A stretch of DNA of 53,144 nt from Gemmatimonadota bacterium. GTDB taxonomy: Bacteria; Gemmatimonadota; Gemmatimonadetes; Palauibacterales; Palauibacteraceae. The notes beneath the pieces were generated by a model. It did no database searches. It worked only from the letters and a program-made list of their open reading frames with translations, and was not told where the DNA came from. Made by a program: the position numbers and the translations under genes. This document shows, piece after piece, positions 17,887 to 26,706 of the stretch (the first letter of the stretch is position 1; each line of letters begins with the position of its first letter). The DNA is taken from the NCBI GenBank assembly GCA_039585915.1, contig JBDGUZ010000001.1, forward strand, positions 1-53,144. The letters are read 5' to 3'.

Positions 17887-20289
17887 TCAGGCATCCACGT
17901 ATTCGGCTGTAGCGGCGTACAGGTAGGGGTTCCTGCTCCGGCCGTACTTCCGCCTCTTCCCGTCGGGGTCGTTGAAGATCGCTCCGAGCACACGGACCTT
18001 GGCCAGGGTCAACTGAGCGTACGCTCTCTGTGCTTCTTCGCGGTCCGTCTGGCCAGCGCGGATCACGATCACCGCCCCATCGACCAACTGTCCGAGAATC
18101 GCCGTGTCCGCAGCCGCGAGCACGGGGGGCGTGTCGAGAATCACCATGTCGTAACGGTTGTTCAGATCTGCAAGTAGCCGCCGGATCGGTGCGCCCTCGA
18201 AGAGTTCCAACGGATCCGACGGAGGCGTGCCACACGAGATCGCCGACAGGTTCATCAGCGATGTCTTCTTGACCACCTTCGGAACACGCAGGAAATACGA
18301 ACTCCGCGGGTCGAGCAGGTCGGCGAGTCCCGGGGCCCGCGGCAGGTCGAGGACCTTGTGCATGCGCGGACGACGCACGTCACAGTCGACGAGCACGATG
18401 CTCATTCCCTTGTGTGCGACCGAGATCGCCAGGTTGACCGCGGTGAGCGTCTTTCCCTCTCCCGGTCCGACGCTGGTGACGGCGACACTCTCGAGACTCT
18501 CGTCTCCCACGGAAGACAGGACGCTCGTACGCAGCACACGGAACGCTTCGCGAGACACCATGTCGGTCGTTCCGAGCTTCTCGATATACACCGGCGCGTC
18601 CTCCTTCACCGGGTCCGATCGCGACGGGAGCCGAGGCAGGAGGCCGGCGACTTTCCGGGAGCCGTGCAATGCGAGTTCTGGTGTACGAGGAATAATGGCC
18701 AGCTGAGGCAAATGGAGGACCTCTCCGAGCTCTTCGGGCCTGCGGATCGAGGTGTTCCTCGCCTCGCGGATAAAGGCGAGCGTGACGCCGACGCCGAGGC
18801 CAAGGAACAGTCCGATCACGATCTTGATCGGCCACAGGCCGAAGGCGGGCTTGTACGGGAGCGCGGCCATGTCCACGATATCGACATCGCCGATCTGCAC
18901 GTTCTCCGCGATCTGCGCCTGCTGGTACTCCAGGCGGAGCTCGTCCGCCATCTCGGTCGTGACTTGCACCTGTCGGCTAAGGCGTGTTTCCTCTGCCTCT
19001 TTCCCCGGCAGCGCCTGTACGGATGAGGCCGTGCGGCTGCGAAGCGACTCGAGCGCCGCGATCCGCGCATCCGCCGAGGCCACGTAACTCATCAGAGCTG
19101 CTGCGATCCGGTCTTCTGTTGACCGGATCAGGTTCTTCAGTTGCGCGACATCCGGGTTCGTCGGCGCGACGCGGAACGGACCCGTCGTGAGCGAGTCGTA
19201 CCGGGTCTGATATACCATGATCTGCTCGTAATTGCCGATGATCGCCGGTTGCGCCGCCAGCTGCGGCAGCGCCGCGACGGCCCTTACCGCCGCGGCTCGG
19301 CTGGCCTCGTCGTCGGTGCTGAGATTCGCCGCCAGCCCGGCGACGAGCCGGCGGTCGGCCCGCAGCTCGTGCAGGCGTGTCTCGAGTGACAGCAACTCGG
19401 TCTGTTCGGCTGAGATCCGCTCAGCAGTGCCGGCCAGGTTCTGCGAACTTCGGAAGTTGGTCAGACTCGACTGGGACGCCCGGAGGACGCTTTCCGTCTG
19501 GCTGAGTTGCTCCCCGAGGAATTCTCGACGAACTCGTGACTGCTCCCGCGCGGCTTCCACGCCCTGTGCCCGGAAAGTGACGATGAGTGCGTTCGCCACC
19601 GACTGCGCAACATACGGATTCGGGCTCAAGTAACTCACGTCGACGACATCCGTACCTTCGCGCCGTACTACCTGGAGATTCGCGAGGACGCGATCGATAG
19701 CCAGTTCCCGGGGAAGGACCGCTACTATGAGCTCCGTGATCTCGGGGCGCTCGGCGAGGCTGAACTCGATTCCTTCGTAACGGACAGTATCTCCATAGGC
19801 CACCCGAGTGGTCCCCTGCTGTCCACTTACGACAAGTCCCCCCGGGTCGAACACGACGGTAATCGTGTCCGGCCCTGTTTCTTCGGAGACTCTCATTCCG
19901 GACACTTCGGACGTGAGCGGATCGCCTCCGACCGCTACGAGCCTGAGGCCGAGAGAGTCGACAACGCTGCCGATGAGCGTCCGGCTACGCAGGACCTCGA
20001 GCCTGGACAGCAGCGGATCGGTCGCCCGGCTGAGACCGATCTCCGGGACCTCTCTGTCACCTATCAGGATTGGACGGACATCGCTCAATCTGATCACGGC
20101 CTGTGCCTGGTAAACGCGCGACTCCGTGAAAGCGAGGAGTCCTGCAGCTACCAGGAACAGAGTCACGACAACGGCGATCAGACGCCTGTGGTTGTCCAGG
20201 ACATTCAGCACCTCTCGAATCGTGATCGACTCGGTGGGTGGTACGGGTGAATCGTTGAAGAACTCCGGCATCTGCTGGTTTTGCCTCAC
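17887..20289 (-). CDS. wzc: polysaccharide co-polymerase / tyrosine autokinase (Wzc/GumC-type, PCP-2a)
   Basis: N-terminal Wzz-type TM plus a long coiled-coil periplasmic region, then a second TM (LWPIKIVIGLFLGLGVGV). The C-terminal CpsD-like ATPase carries Walker A VTSVGPGEGKT, A' VLVDCDVRRP and B MVILDTPP. The tail is Tyr-containing (KYGRSRNPYLYAATAEYVDA). The start could be Met7 (20271). Confidence 0.9.
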   Translation of the reverse strand: MRQNQQMPEFFNDSPVPPTESITIREVLNVLDNHRRLIAVVVTLFLVAAGLLAFTESRVYQAQAVIRLSDVRPILIGDREVPEIGLSRATDPLLSRLEVLRSRTLIGSVVDSLGLRLVAVGGDPLTSEVSGMRVSEETGPDTITVVFDPGGLVVSGQQGTTRVAYGDTVRYEGIEFSLAERPEITELIVAVLPRELAIDRVLANLQVVRREGTDVVDVSYLSPNPYVAQSVANALIVTFRAQGVEAAREQSRVRREFLGEQLSQTESVLRASQSSLTNFRSSQNLAGTAERISAEQTELLSLETRLHELRADRRLVAGLAANLSTDDEASRAAAVRAVAALPQLAAQPAIIGNYEQIMVYQTRYDSLTTGPFRVAPTNPDVAQLKNLIRSTEDRIAAALMSYVASADARIAALESLRSRTASSVQALPGKEAEETRLSRQVQVTTEMADELRLEYQQAQIAENVQIGDVDIVDMAALPYKPAFGLWPIKIVIGLFLGLGVGVTLAFIREARNTSIRRPEELGEVLHLPQLAIIPRTPELALHGSRKVAGLLPRLPSRSDPVKEDAPVYIEKLGTTDMVSREAFRVLRTSVLSSVGDESLESVAVTSVGPGEGKTLTAVNLAISVAHKGMSIVLVDCDVRRPRMHKVLDLPRAPGLADLLDPRSSYFLRVPKVVKKTSLMNLSAISCGTPPSDPLELFEGAPIRRLLADLNNRYDMVILDTPPVLAAADTAILGQLVDGAVIVIRAGQTDREEAQRAYAQLTLAKVRVLGAIFNDPDGKRRKYGRSRNPYLYAATAEYVDA

Positions 20290-20305
20290 CGTCTCGGGTT
20301 CAGTT

Positions 20306-20959
20306 CTAGTCTCTCGTGAATCGTTCGACTACCAGCAGCACCGCTGCGGCGGCCCCGACCAACGCGATAAACAGGCCCGTGGTCCACGTCTTCGTCGGAA
20401 CCACGATCTGGTCGCCGGACCGGATGGTCTCACGGAATGCGAGGTTCGACGGATCGGTGAGATTCAGCTTCTGACTGACGATCCCTCGACCCGGTTCCTC
20501 CCGCAGCAGCACTACGGCGTCCGTCTTCGCGTTCAGCCCCGGCCCGCCGGCCCTCGCTACGGCCTGTACAAGTGTCGTCGCAGGGTGCATTGCGTAGGTC
20601 CCGGGGAGAATTACGGTTCCCACCACAACGACTTGAAACAGGGGCTCGACTACCAGGTTCGGTTCATCAATAAACTCACGTAGCACATCGGTGATCGCCG
20701 CGTCCAGGCCCGACAGGGGAATATCGGTTGCGTGGACATCCTGATACAGCGGGTGCGCGATCGCCCCATCGGTCCCGATCCCGAACACGCCGCTGTACTG
20801 CTCATATCGCCAGACCGCGATCCGGATCGAGTCTCCGGGGGCGAGGGTCACCGGACTGGTATCCGGAGATATGTTGATCGGGGCTGGTGACGAACTGCAC
20901 GCTCCGGATACGATGACGAAACATGCCAGGAGCACGTCCACGGTTCGACGGACTGTCAT
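20306..20959 (-). CDS. wza: polysaccharide export outer-membrane lipoprotein (Wza-like; Poly_export + SLBB)
   Basis: Trimmed to the ATG at 20959 (MTVRRTVDVLLACFVIVSGACSS, lipobox), with GAGGAG 6 nt upstream. PGDSIRIAVW...G..GAIAHPLYQDV matches the Poly_export motif, and there is an SLBB-like GTVILPGTY. The 153 upstream codons of ORF 20306..21418 are not protein-like. Confidence 0.85.
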   Translation of the reverse strand: MTVRRTVDVLLACFVIVSGACSSSPAPINISPDTSPVTLAPGDSIRIAVWRYEQYSGVFGIGTDGAIAHPLYQDVHATDIPLSGLDAAITDVLREFIDEPNLVVEPLFQVVVVGTVILPGTYAMHPATTLVQAVARAGGPGLNAKTDAVVLLREEPGRGIVSQKLNLTDPSNLAFRETIRSGDQIVVPTKTWTTGLFIALVGAAAAVLLVVERFTRD

Positions 20960-21274
20960 CGACCACTCCTCACTGTTCACCATGTCGGGGCATCTGACCG
21001 CCAGACCTCGGGTGTTGCCTCGGACCTGACAAAGATACGGTGAATTCGTACCGGTATAGAGACTCACCAATGTGAGGCATCGACTCGGTACGCGCGACTG
21101 TGGATCGCCCGCAACACCATGCCTCCTCTGACACGACGGGCGCGCGATCATTATTGCGGCGAAAACGAAGCGCTCGTACTCATTCGCTTGCCACCAGGGT
21201 AGTGTGCTGAAGCGGGAGGTGGAATTGGCGCTAGCAGCTGCAGAAAACAGACCGAGCGCGGGGCAACCGTCGGT

Positions 21275-21904
21275 ATGAAGCGGGCGTTCGACGTATTCGT
21301 GGCCGCGACCGCGCTGGTGCTGCTGTCGCCGGTGATGGCGATCGTCGCCCTCCTGATCCGGGTGTTCCTCGGCAAACCGGTGCTGTTCCGGCAGACGCGA
21401 CCGGGGCTGTACGGCCAACCGTTCGAGATCATCAAGTTCAGGTCCATGTTCGACGAACTCGACGCCAATGGAAACGAGATTCCCGAGGCCGATCGCGTCG
21501 GGCGTTTCGGGCAGTTCATCCGGACGACCAGCCTCGATGAGCTACCCGAGCTGTGGAACGTTCTCAACGGAACGATGAGCCTGGTCGGGCCCCGACCCCT
21601 TCTGATGAGATACCTCGATCGTTATTCCTCCGAACAGGCCCGGCGCCATGACGTTGCGCCGGGGATCACCGGCCTGGCCCAGATCGGTGGACGGAACGCC
21701 ATTTCCTGGGACGAAAAGTTCGCTCTCGACGTGTACTACGTCGATCACCATACGTTCTGGATGGACCTCCAGATCCTCTTAAGAACGGCCGGGAAGGTGC
21801 TCCAACGGGAGGGCATCGCCGCCGCAGGGAGTCCGAGCTCGCCTGAGTTCATGGGCCCGACACCGAACCACCGGTCCGATGGACTCGGAGAAGCGGGCAA
21901 ATGA
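21275..21904 (+). CDS. small monotopic phosphoglycosyl transferase (PglC/WbaP C-terminal type 'sugar transferase')
   Basis: MKRAFDVFVAATALVLLSPVMAIVALLIRV...PVLFRQTRPG..G.PFEIIKFRSM, SLDELPELWNVLNGTMSLVGPRP. These are the canonical bacterial sugar transferase motifs. Confidence 0.92.
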   Translation: MKRAFDVFVAATALVLLSPVMAIVALLIRVFLGKPVLFRQTRPGLYGQPFEIIKFRSMFDELDANGNEIPEADRVGRFGQFIRTTSLDELPELWNVLNGTMSLVGPRPLLMRYLDRYSSEQARRHDVAPGITGLAQIGGRNAISWDEKFALDVYYVDHHTFWMDLQILLRTAGKVLQREGIAAAGSPSSPEFMGPTPNHRSDGLGEAGK

Positions 21905-22848
21905 GCAGCGACACTCCCGCCACTGTGCAGCAATCGACCCTGAGGAAGGTGTACGGCTTCGTTTCTCACCAGCCCCGGTTTCGCAAGGCCGTGATGACGA
22001 CGCCAGGGCTCCGTCAGCTGGCCTGGCGTTTCGTGGCCGGCGAAGACCTCGAAACCGGTGTGGCAGCGGTCCGTTCGCTGAACGCCCGCGGGATCCTGGC
22101 CAGTCTCAACTTCGTTGGCACCCACGTGCACGAGCGGGAGGAGGCACTGTCAGCTACCGACGCCGCCATCGAAGCGCTCCAGCGCATACACGGCGAAGAC
22201 CTGGCGGCCAACCTGTCGGTCAAGCCCACCCAGCTCGGCCTCGACATCGGCGAGGGATTCTGCCGACTTCAACTCCGTCGGGTGGTCGAGCGGGCACGCA
22301 GTCTAGGACTTTTCGTCCGGATCGATATGGAGGAATTCGTCTACGTCGAGCCGACGCTGCGCCTGTTCGAGGAGCTGCGCACCGAGTTCGGGCCGGACAC
22401 GGTCGGAATCGTGATCCAGTCGTACCTGCGCGACCGCGCCGGCGACCTCGAGCGGGTGGTCGCCGTCGGCTCCAGCGTCCGGCTGACGAAAGGTGGGTAC
22501 TGGGAGCCGGAGGTGGCCTTCCGGGACAAGGCCGACATCGATCGATGCTTCGACCGTGACATCGAGTTCCTGCTGTCCCGCGGACGGCTGCCCGCGATCG
22601 CCACCCACGACGAGAACTTCGTGAATCGCACCATGGAGCTCGCCACGCAGCTCGGGCTCGACCGGTCCGATTTCGAGTTCCAGATGCTGTATGGGGTCAG
22701 ACCGGACCTGCAGGAGCGACTGGCCAGCGAGGGCCACGAGGTCCGCTGTTACGTCCCGTACGGCGGGCAGTGGTTTCCTTACTTCATGGGCTGTGTGCGC
22801 CGGCTTCCCGGTGGGGCCATGAGACGACTGCGGGGGCGAAGCCGATGA
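21901..22848 (+). CDS. monofunctional proline dehydrogenase family protein
   Basis: Appears collinear with Thermus-type ProDH as I remember it (RFVAGEDLE, SVKPTQLGLD, FVRIDMEE, GIVIQSYL, VRLTKGGYWEPE, IATHDEN, EFQMLYGVRPDLQ, VRCYVPYG.QWFPYF). ATGA overlaps are present at both ends. Confidence 0.88.
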   Translation: MSSDTPATVQQSTLRKVYGFVSHQPRFRKAVMTTPGLRQLAWRFVAGEDLETGVAAVRSLNARGILASLNFVGTHVHEREEALSATDAAIEALQRIHGEDLAANLSVKPTQLGLDIGEGFCRLQLRRVVERARSLGLFVRIDMEEFVYVEPTLRLFEELRTEFGPDTVGIVIQSYLRDRAGDLERVVAVGSSVRLTKGGYWEPEVAFRDKADIDRCFDRDIEFLLSRGRLPAIATHDENFVNRTMELATQLGLDRSDFEFQMLYGVRPDLQERLASEGHEVRCYVPYGGQWFPYFMGCVRRLPGGAMRRLRGRSR

Positions 22849-23948
22849 TTGACGCGTACACGCTGACGACCGGTGACGAGGAGAGATGGCGGAAGATCCT
22901 GCCGGCCGACTTCAGGGCCGGTGCCAGCCTGGAGTACGTACGGATCGCTGAGCGGCAGACCGGATTGTCGGCGCGGCTATTCGTGGTAACGGACGACGGA
23001 AAGCCGCTCGTAGCCTATCCCTACTTCCTCCGGCCCCTCGACACCCTGCCGTTCACGGCGAGCGCCGATTCGACCCGGTACGACACCAGTACGCCCGAGT
23101 ACCTTGGGCCCGTCTGGCTCGACAGCGACCTGACCCCGGAGGGGGCCCCTTTCCGGTTTCCCGACGTGTTCTCCAGCTATTGCCAGGAGCACGGTATCAT
23201 CGCCGAGTTCGCTCACCTCGACCCCTGGATTCCGGATGAGCTACTGAAGCCGGGGTGCGTCAAACCCAACCGGGAGATCGTCTACGTCGACCTGACGTGG
23301 CCCGAGGACGAAATCTGGATGAAATCCCTGTCCTCCGATGCCCGCCGGCAGACCAAGCAGGGCCTCCGGGCCGGCGTGCACACCCGCCGGGCGACCAGCC
23401 CGGACGACGTGCGGGAATTCTATCGCCTGTACGCGATGACGATGGAGCGCCTCCAGGCCAGGGAGGGCTACTGGTACCCACTCGAGTATTTCATGGCGTT
23501 CTTCGAGACGATGTCCGACAATTCGTTCTTCGTCCTCGCCGAATACGAAAGGCAGGTGGTGGCGGGAGGACTGTTCCTCCACGATGACCGTGAGATCCGC
23601 TGGCACCTTTCAGCGGCCGATCGGGAGTGGAGCCGTGTGCGACCGGTCAACGTCTACCTCTACAAAACCATCCGTGAGTCACTCGGACAGAAATGGACCC
23701 GGATGATCCTCGGAGGGGCGTATGAGGATGGTGATGGCGTCTTCCGGTTCAAGGCGAACTTCTCCAGGCTGCGCGCAGACTTCAACACCTACGAACGTGT
23801 GCACGACACCGAGGCCTGCGCCGAGATCATGACGCGCTGGCATCGATTCCACGACGGAGCGTCCCCCCCTGACGATTACTTCCCCGCCTACCGCTCGTCG
23901 CCCGGAGCGAGTGACGATCAGGCAGCGGTTGAAGCCGACACGGCCTGA
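22845..23948 (+). CDS. FemAB-like / BioF2-like GNAT-fold acyl(aminoacyl)transferase
   Basis: Start moved to the ATG at 22845 (ATGA overlap with the ProDH stop). About 367 aa, with the FemAB/Acetyltransf_6 pattern (SSDARRQTKQGLRAGV, FYRLYAMTMERL, VLAEYERQVVAGGLFL, FRFKANF). Confidence 0.75.
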   Translation: MIDAYTLTTGDEERWRKILPADFRAGASLEYVRIAERQTGLSARLFVVTDDGKPLVAYPYFLRPLDTLPFTASADSTRYDTSTPEYLGPVWLDSDLTPEGAPFRFPDVFSSYCQEHGIIAEFAHLDPWIPDELLKPGCVKPNREIVYVDLTWPEDEIWMKSLSSDARRQTKQGLRAGVHTRRATSPDDVREFYRLYAMTMERLQAREGYWYPLEYFMAFFETMSDNSFFVLAEYERQVVAGGLFLHDDREIRWHLSAADREWSRVRPVNVYLYKTIRESLGQKWTRMILGGAYEDGDGVFRFKANFSRLRADFNTYERVHDTEACAEIMTRWHRFHDGASPPDDYFPAYRSSPGASDDQAAVEADTA

Positions 23949-24052
23949 CCGGCGCTGTTCAAGTAGAGGGAAGCCTGGCGGAGTCCGCGACTGGTGCCTG
24001 CCCGGCCCGCGGTCAGTTGAATACCAGGTCAGAGACGAGCGACTCATGTGTG

Positions 24053-24080
24053 GCAACAATGCAACAAGTGGCATTGTTGC
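24053..24080 (+). other. 10-bp perfect stem-loop in an intra-cluster spacer
   Basis: GCAACAATGC-aacaagtg-GCATTGTTGC, read directly. It sits in the 306-nt, visibly less GC-rich gap between the FemAB-like gene and the GT4 gene. No U-tract follows. Confidence 0.5.
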
Positions 24081-24107
24081 GACGGCTATTGTGCCCCTGA
24101 ACGTAGA

Positions 24108-24149
24108 GTCAACGCCACTCGTTGACAGGTATGGCAATTGTCCTACAAT
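24108..24149 (+). promoter_or_regulatory. near-consensus sigma70-type promoter with an inverted repeat over the -35
   Basis: TTGACA (24122-24127), a 16-nt spacer, then TACAAT (24144-24149), about 105 nt upstream of the ATG at 24255. GTCAAC-N7-GTTGAC (24108-24126) overlaps the -35. Confidence 0.55.
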
Positions 24150-24254
24150 GTATGAATAGGACATGGAGTTACGGTAGTCAGGGTGAAGTTCGGGTAAAAA
24201 TGACCCGGGGTCTTTTCCACACAGAATCACCACCAGCAGAACCAGAGCATTTGC

Positions 24255-25424
24255 ATGTCATCTCGCCCGTTACGCCTGGTTTGCATCTCGACAGTGCCGA
24301 TAACGCAGTATTATCGGCTCGATGGGCAAAGCGCGTATCTCACGTCTCACGGTATCGAAGTACACGTCATCGCTTCACCGGGCACATATCTGGACCGAAT
24401 TGCGGAGCGTGACCAGGTACCCGTCCATCCCGTCGAGATCAGCCGCCCTGTGGCTCCTGTCTCGGATCTCAAGACCCTTCTGAAGCTGGTCCGAACGCTT
24501 CGGACCATTCAGCCGGATATCGTGAATGTGAGCACTCCCAAGGCGGCACTCCTGGGAGCGATCGCCGCGCGGATTGCTCGTGTTCCGCATACCGTTTTCC
24601 TGGTTCGGGGACTGGTGACGGAAACGGCCTCGGGTCCAATGCGCAGGCTGTATCGGGCCGCCGAACGCCTCACGGCAAGGTTGTCGGATACCGTGATCTG
24701 CGTATCTCCCTCACTGCTGGAGTTTGCTCGCCGTGAGTCGATCGTCGATCGCGATCAGGGGCTGGTGATCGCGTCGGGGATGTCGAACGGAGTCGACGCT
24801 GACCGGTTCAGGAAAGCGTACGACGTAGGGCGACAGGAGGCGCCGGTAGTCGGTTTCGTGGGTCGTCTCGCAGCCGACAAGGGGATCGAGGATCTGGCGG
24901 GCGCCTGGCCTGCCATCCGGAACTCTCATCCGGATGCTCGCCTGTTACTGGTCGGGAACTGGGAGGATACCGGTTCCGTGTCCAGCCAGACGAGAGAGAG
25001 TATCGAGAACGACCCCTCGGTGAAGGTCACCGGCTTCGTCGAAGATGTCGTTCAGTTCTACGAGCAGATGTCGGTATTCGTATTCCCGACTCACGGAAGC
25101 GAAGGCTTTCCAAATGCGCCCATGGAAGCGGCGGCGAGCAGCCTGCCCGTGGTTGCGACTGAGACGGTTGGCTGCGTTGACGCCGTTGTCGAAGGAAGCA
25201 CTGGTACGCTGGTGCCCCGCGGCTCACCCGACCGCCTCGCAGAGGCCGTCATCGGCTACCTGAACGATCCGGATCTGAGGCTGGAACAGGGGCGGGCAGG
25301 ACGCATGCGAGTTGAGACTGAATTCCGGCAGGAGTTGATCTGGGAAGGGATAGCCGATGTCTATCAGGGGATCGGCAGGTCCGTATCGGGGAGATTCGAC
25401 CAAACGCGAGGCGTGACGGCGTGA
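24255..25424 (+). CDS. glycosyltransferase family 4 (GT-B)
   Basis: VGFVGRLAADKGIEDL and VFVFPTHGSEGFPNAPMEAAASSLPVVATETVG (EX7E region). The stop overlaps the next gene's start (GTGA). Confidence 0.9.
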   Translation: MSSRPLRLVCISTVPITQYYRLDGQSAYLTSHGIEVHVIASPGTYLDRIAERDQVPVHPVEISRPVAPVSDLKTLLKLVRTLRTIQPDIVNVSTPKAALLGAIAARIARVPHTVFLVRGLVTETASGPMRRLYRAAERLTARLSDTVICVSPSLLEFARRESIVDRDQGLVIASGMSNGVDADRFRKAYDVGRQEAPVVGFVGRLAADKGIEDLAGAWPAIRNSHPDARLLLVGNWEDTGSVSSQTRESIENDPSVKVTGFVEDVVQFYEQMSVFVFPTHGSEGFPNAPMEAAASSLPVVATETVGCVDAVVEGSTGTLVPRGSPDRLAEAVIGYLNDPDLRLEQGRAGRMRVETEFRQELIWEGIADVYQGIGRSVSGRFDQTRGVTA

Positions 25425-26575
25425 ATCGACCCGAACGCGCCCGACTCTACCTTTCCCCGCCACACCTGGGTGACTCCGAGCGTGCCTTCGTTGCGGAGGC
25501 CTTTGATTCGAACTGGATCGCTCCGCTCGGGCCCAACGTGGACGCATTCGAGGCGGAATTCGGGCAGTACACAGGTGCGTCCAACGCCGTGGCCCTGAGC
25601 TCGGGCACGGCCGGGCTTCATCTTGCCCTGCTTCTGGCAGGCGTCGAGCGGGGCGATGCCGTTCTCGGGAGTGACCTGACGTTCGCGGCGAGCGCGAATG
25701 CGGTCGTCTATGCAGGCGCCGAGCCAGTGTTCGTGGACAGCGAGCGGGAATCCTGGAACCTGGATCCGGAGTTGCTGGCGGATGACCTGCGCCGCCGGGC
25801 ATCAGCCGGGCGACTTCCGGCTGCGGTGGTTGTCGTCCACGTCTTCGGTCAAGCCGCCAGCCTCGGTCCGATTCTGGAAGCGTGCGCCGAATACGAAGTC
25901 CCGGTCATCGAGGATGCCGCGGAGGCGCTCGGCTCGACGTATCAGGGCAAGGCCGTGGGCACTTTCGGTCTGCTCGGCGTCTACTCGTTCAACGGGAACA
26001 AGATCATCACCACGTCGGGCGGTGGGATGCTCGTCGCGGCCGACGACGAAGTGGCGCGACGAGCCAGAAAGCTGGCGACGCAGTCGCGAGAGCCGGCCCC
26101 GCACTACGAGCATGTTGAGATCGGTTTCAACTATCGCCTGAGCAACGTTCTCGCCGGAATAGGCCGCGGGCAACTCCAGGTCCTGGAGGACCGTATTGCC
26201 GCCCGACGAAGGAACTTCGAGTACTACGCGAGGCACCTGGGGGGTCTTCCAGGAATTCAATTCATGCCGGAGGCACCGTGGGGACGACACACGCGGTGGC
26301 TCAGCACGCTTACCATCGATCCGGATGAGTTCGGCGCAGACCGCGAACAACTCAGACTGGCGATGGAACAACAGAACATAGAGGCCCGGCCAGTATGGAA
26401 GCCGATGCACATGCAGCCGGTGTTCAAGGGATGCGATTTCCTGGGCGGCAGGGTGTCTGAGGACTTATTCGCGCGGGGCCTGTGTCTGCCATCGGGCTCC
26501 AACATGACAGAGGAGGATCTCGAGAGAGTGGTCTCAGCAGTTCACTCGCTGTGTCCTGCTACCGCGACCGGGTGA
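25421..26575 (+). CDS. DegT/DnrJ/EryC1/StrS-family sugar aminotransferase (PglE/WecE-like)
   Basis: YLSPPHLGDSERAFVAEAFDSNWIAPLGP, SGTAGLHLALL, SFNGNKIITTSGGGMLV (PLP lysine), FNYRLSNVLAGIGRGQL. Confidence 0.92.
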   Translation: MNRPERARLYLSPPHLGDSERAFVAEAFDSNWIAPLGPNVDAFEAEFGQYTGASNAVALSSGTAGLHLALLLAGVERGDAVLGSDLTFAASANAVVYAGAEPVFVDSERESWNLDPELLADDLRRRASAGRLPAAVVVVHVFGQAASLGPILEACAEYEVPVIEDAAEALGSTYQGKAVGTFGLLGVYSFNGNKIITTSGGGMLVAADDEVARRARKLATQSREPAPHYEHVEIGFNYRLSNVLAGIGRGQLQVLEDRIAARRRNFEYYARHLGGLPGIQFMPEAPWGRHTRWLSTLTIDPDEFGADREQLRLAMEQQNIEARPVWKPMHMQPVFKGCDFLGGRVSEDLFARGLCLPSGSNMTEEDLERVVSAVHSLCPATATG

Positions 26576-26706
26576 TTCAGCCGGACGATTGCCGGACACT
26601 GTAGTAGACGAACAAAGCACATCCACCCGCCGGAAATCACGCGCGGCGGCCCCGTGTGGAGGGTGGATGACCACAAAGAACATGAAGCAAGAACAGAGAA
26701 CTTCGC

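Noticed and set aside
24172-24177. CGGTAG as an ops/JUMPstart element
   Set aside because: It matches only 6 of the 8 core bases of GGCGGTAG, and no RfaH-like gene is in the window. It is mentioned only as a pointer.
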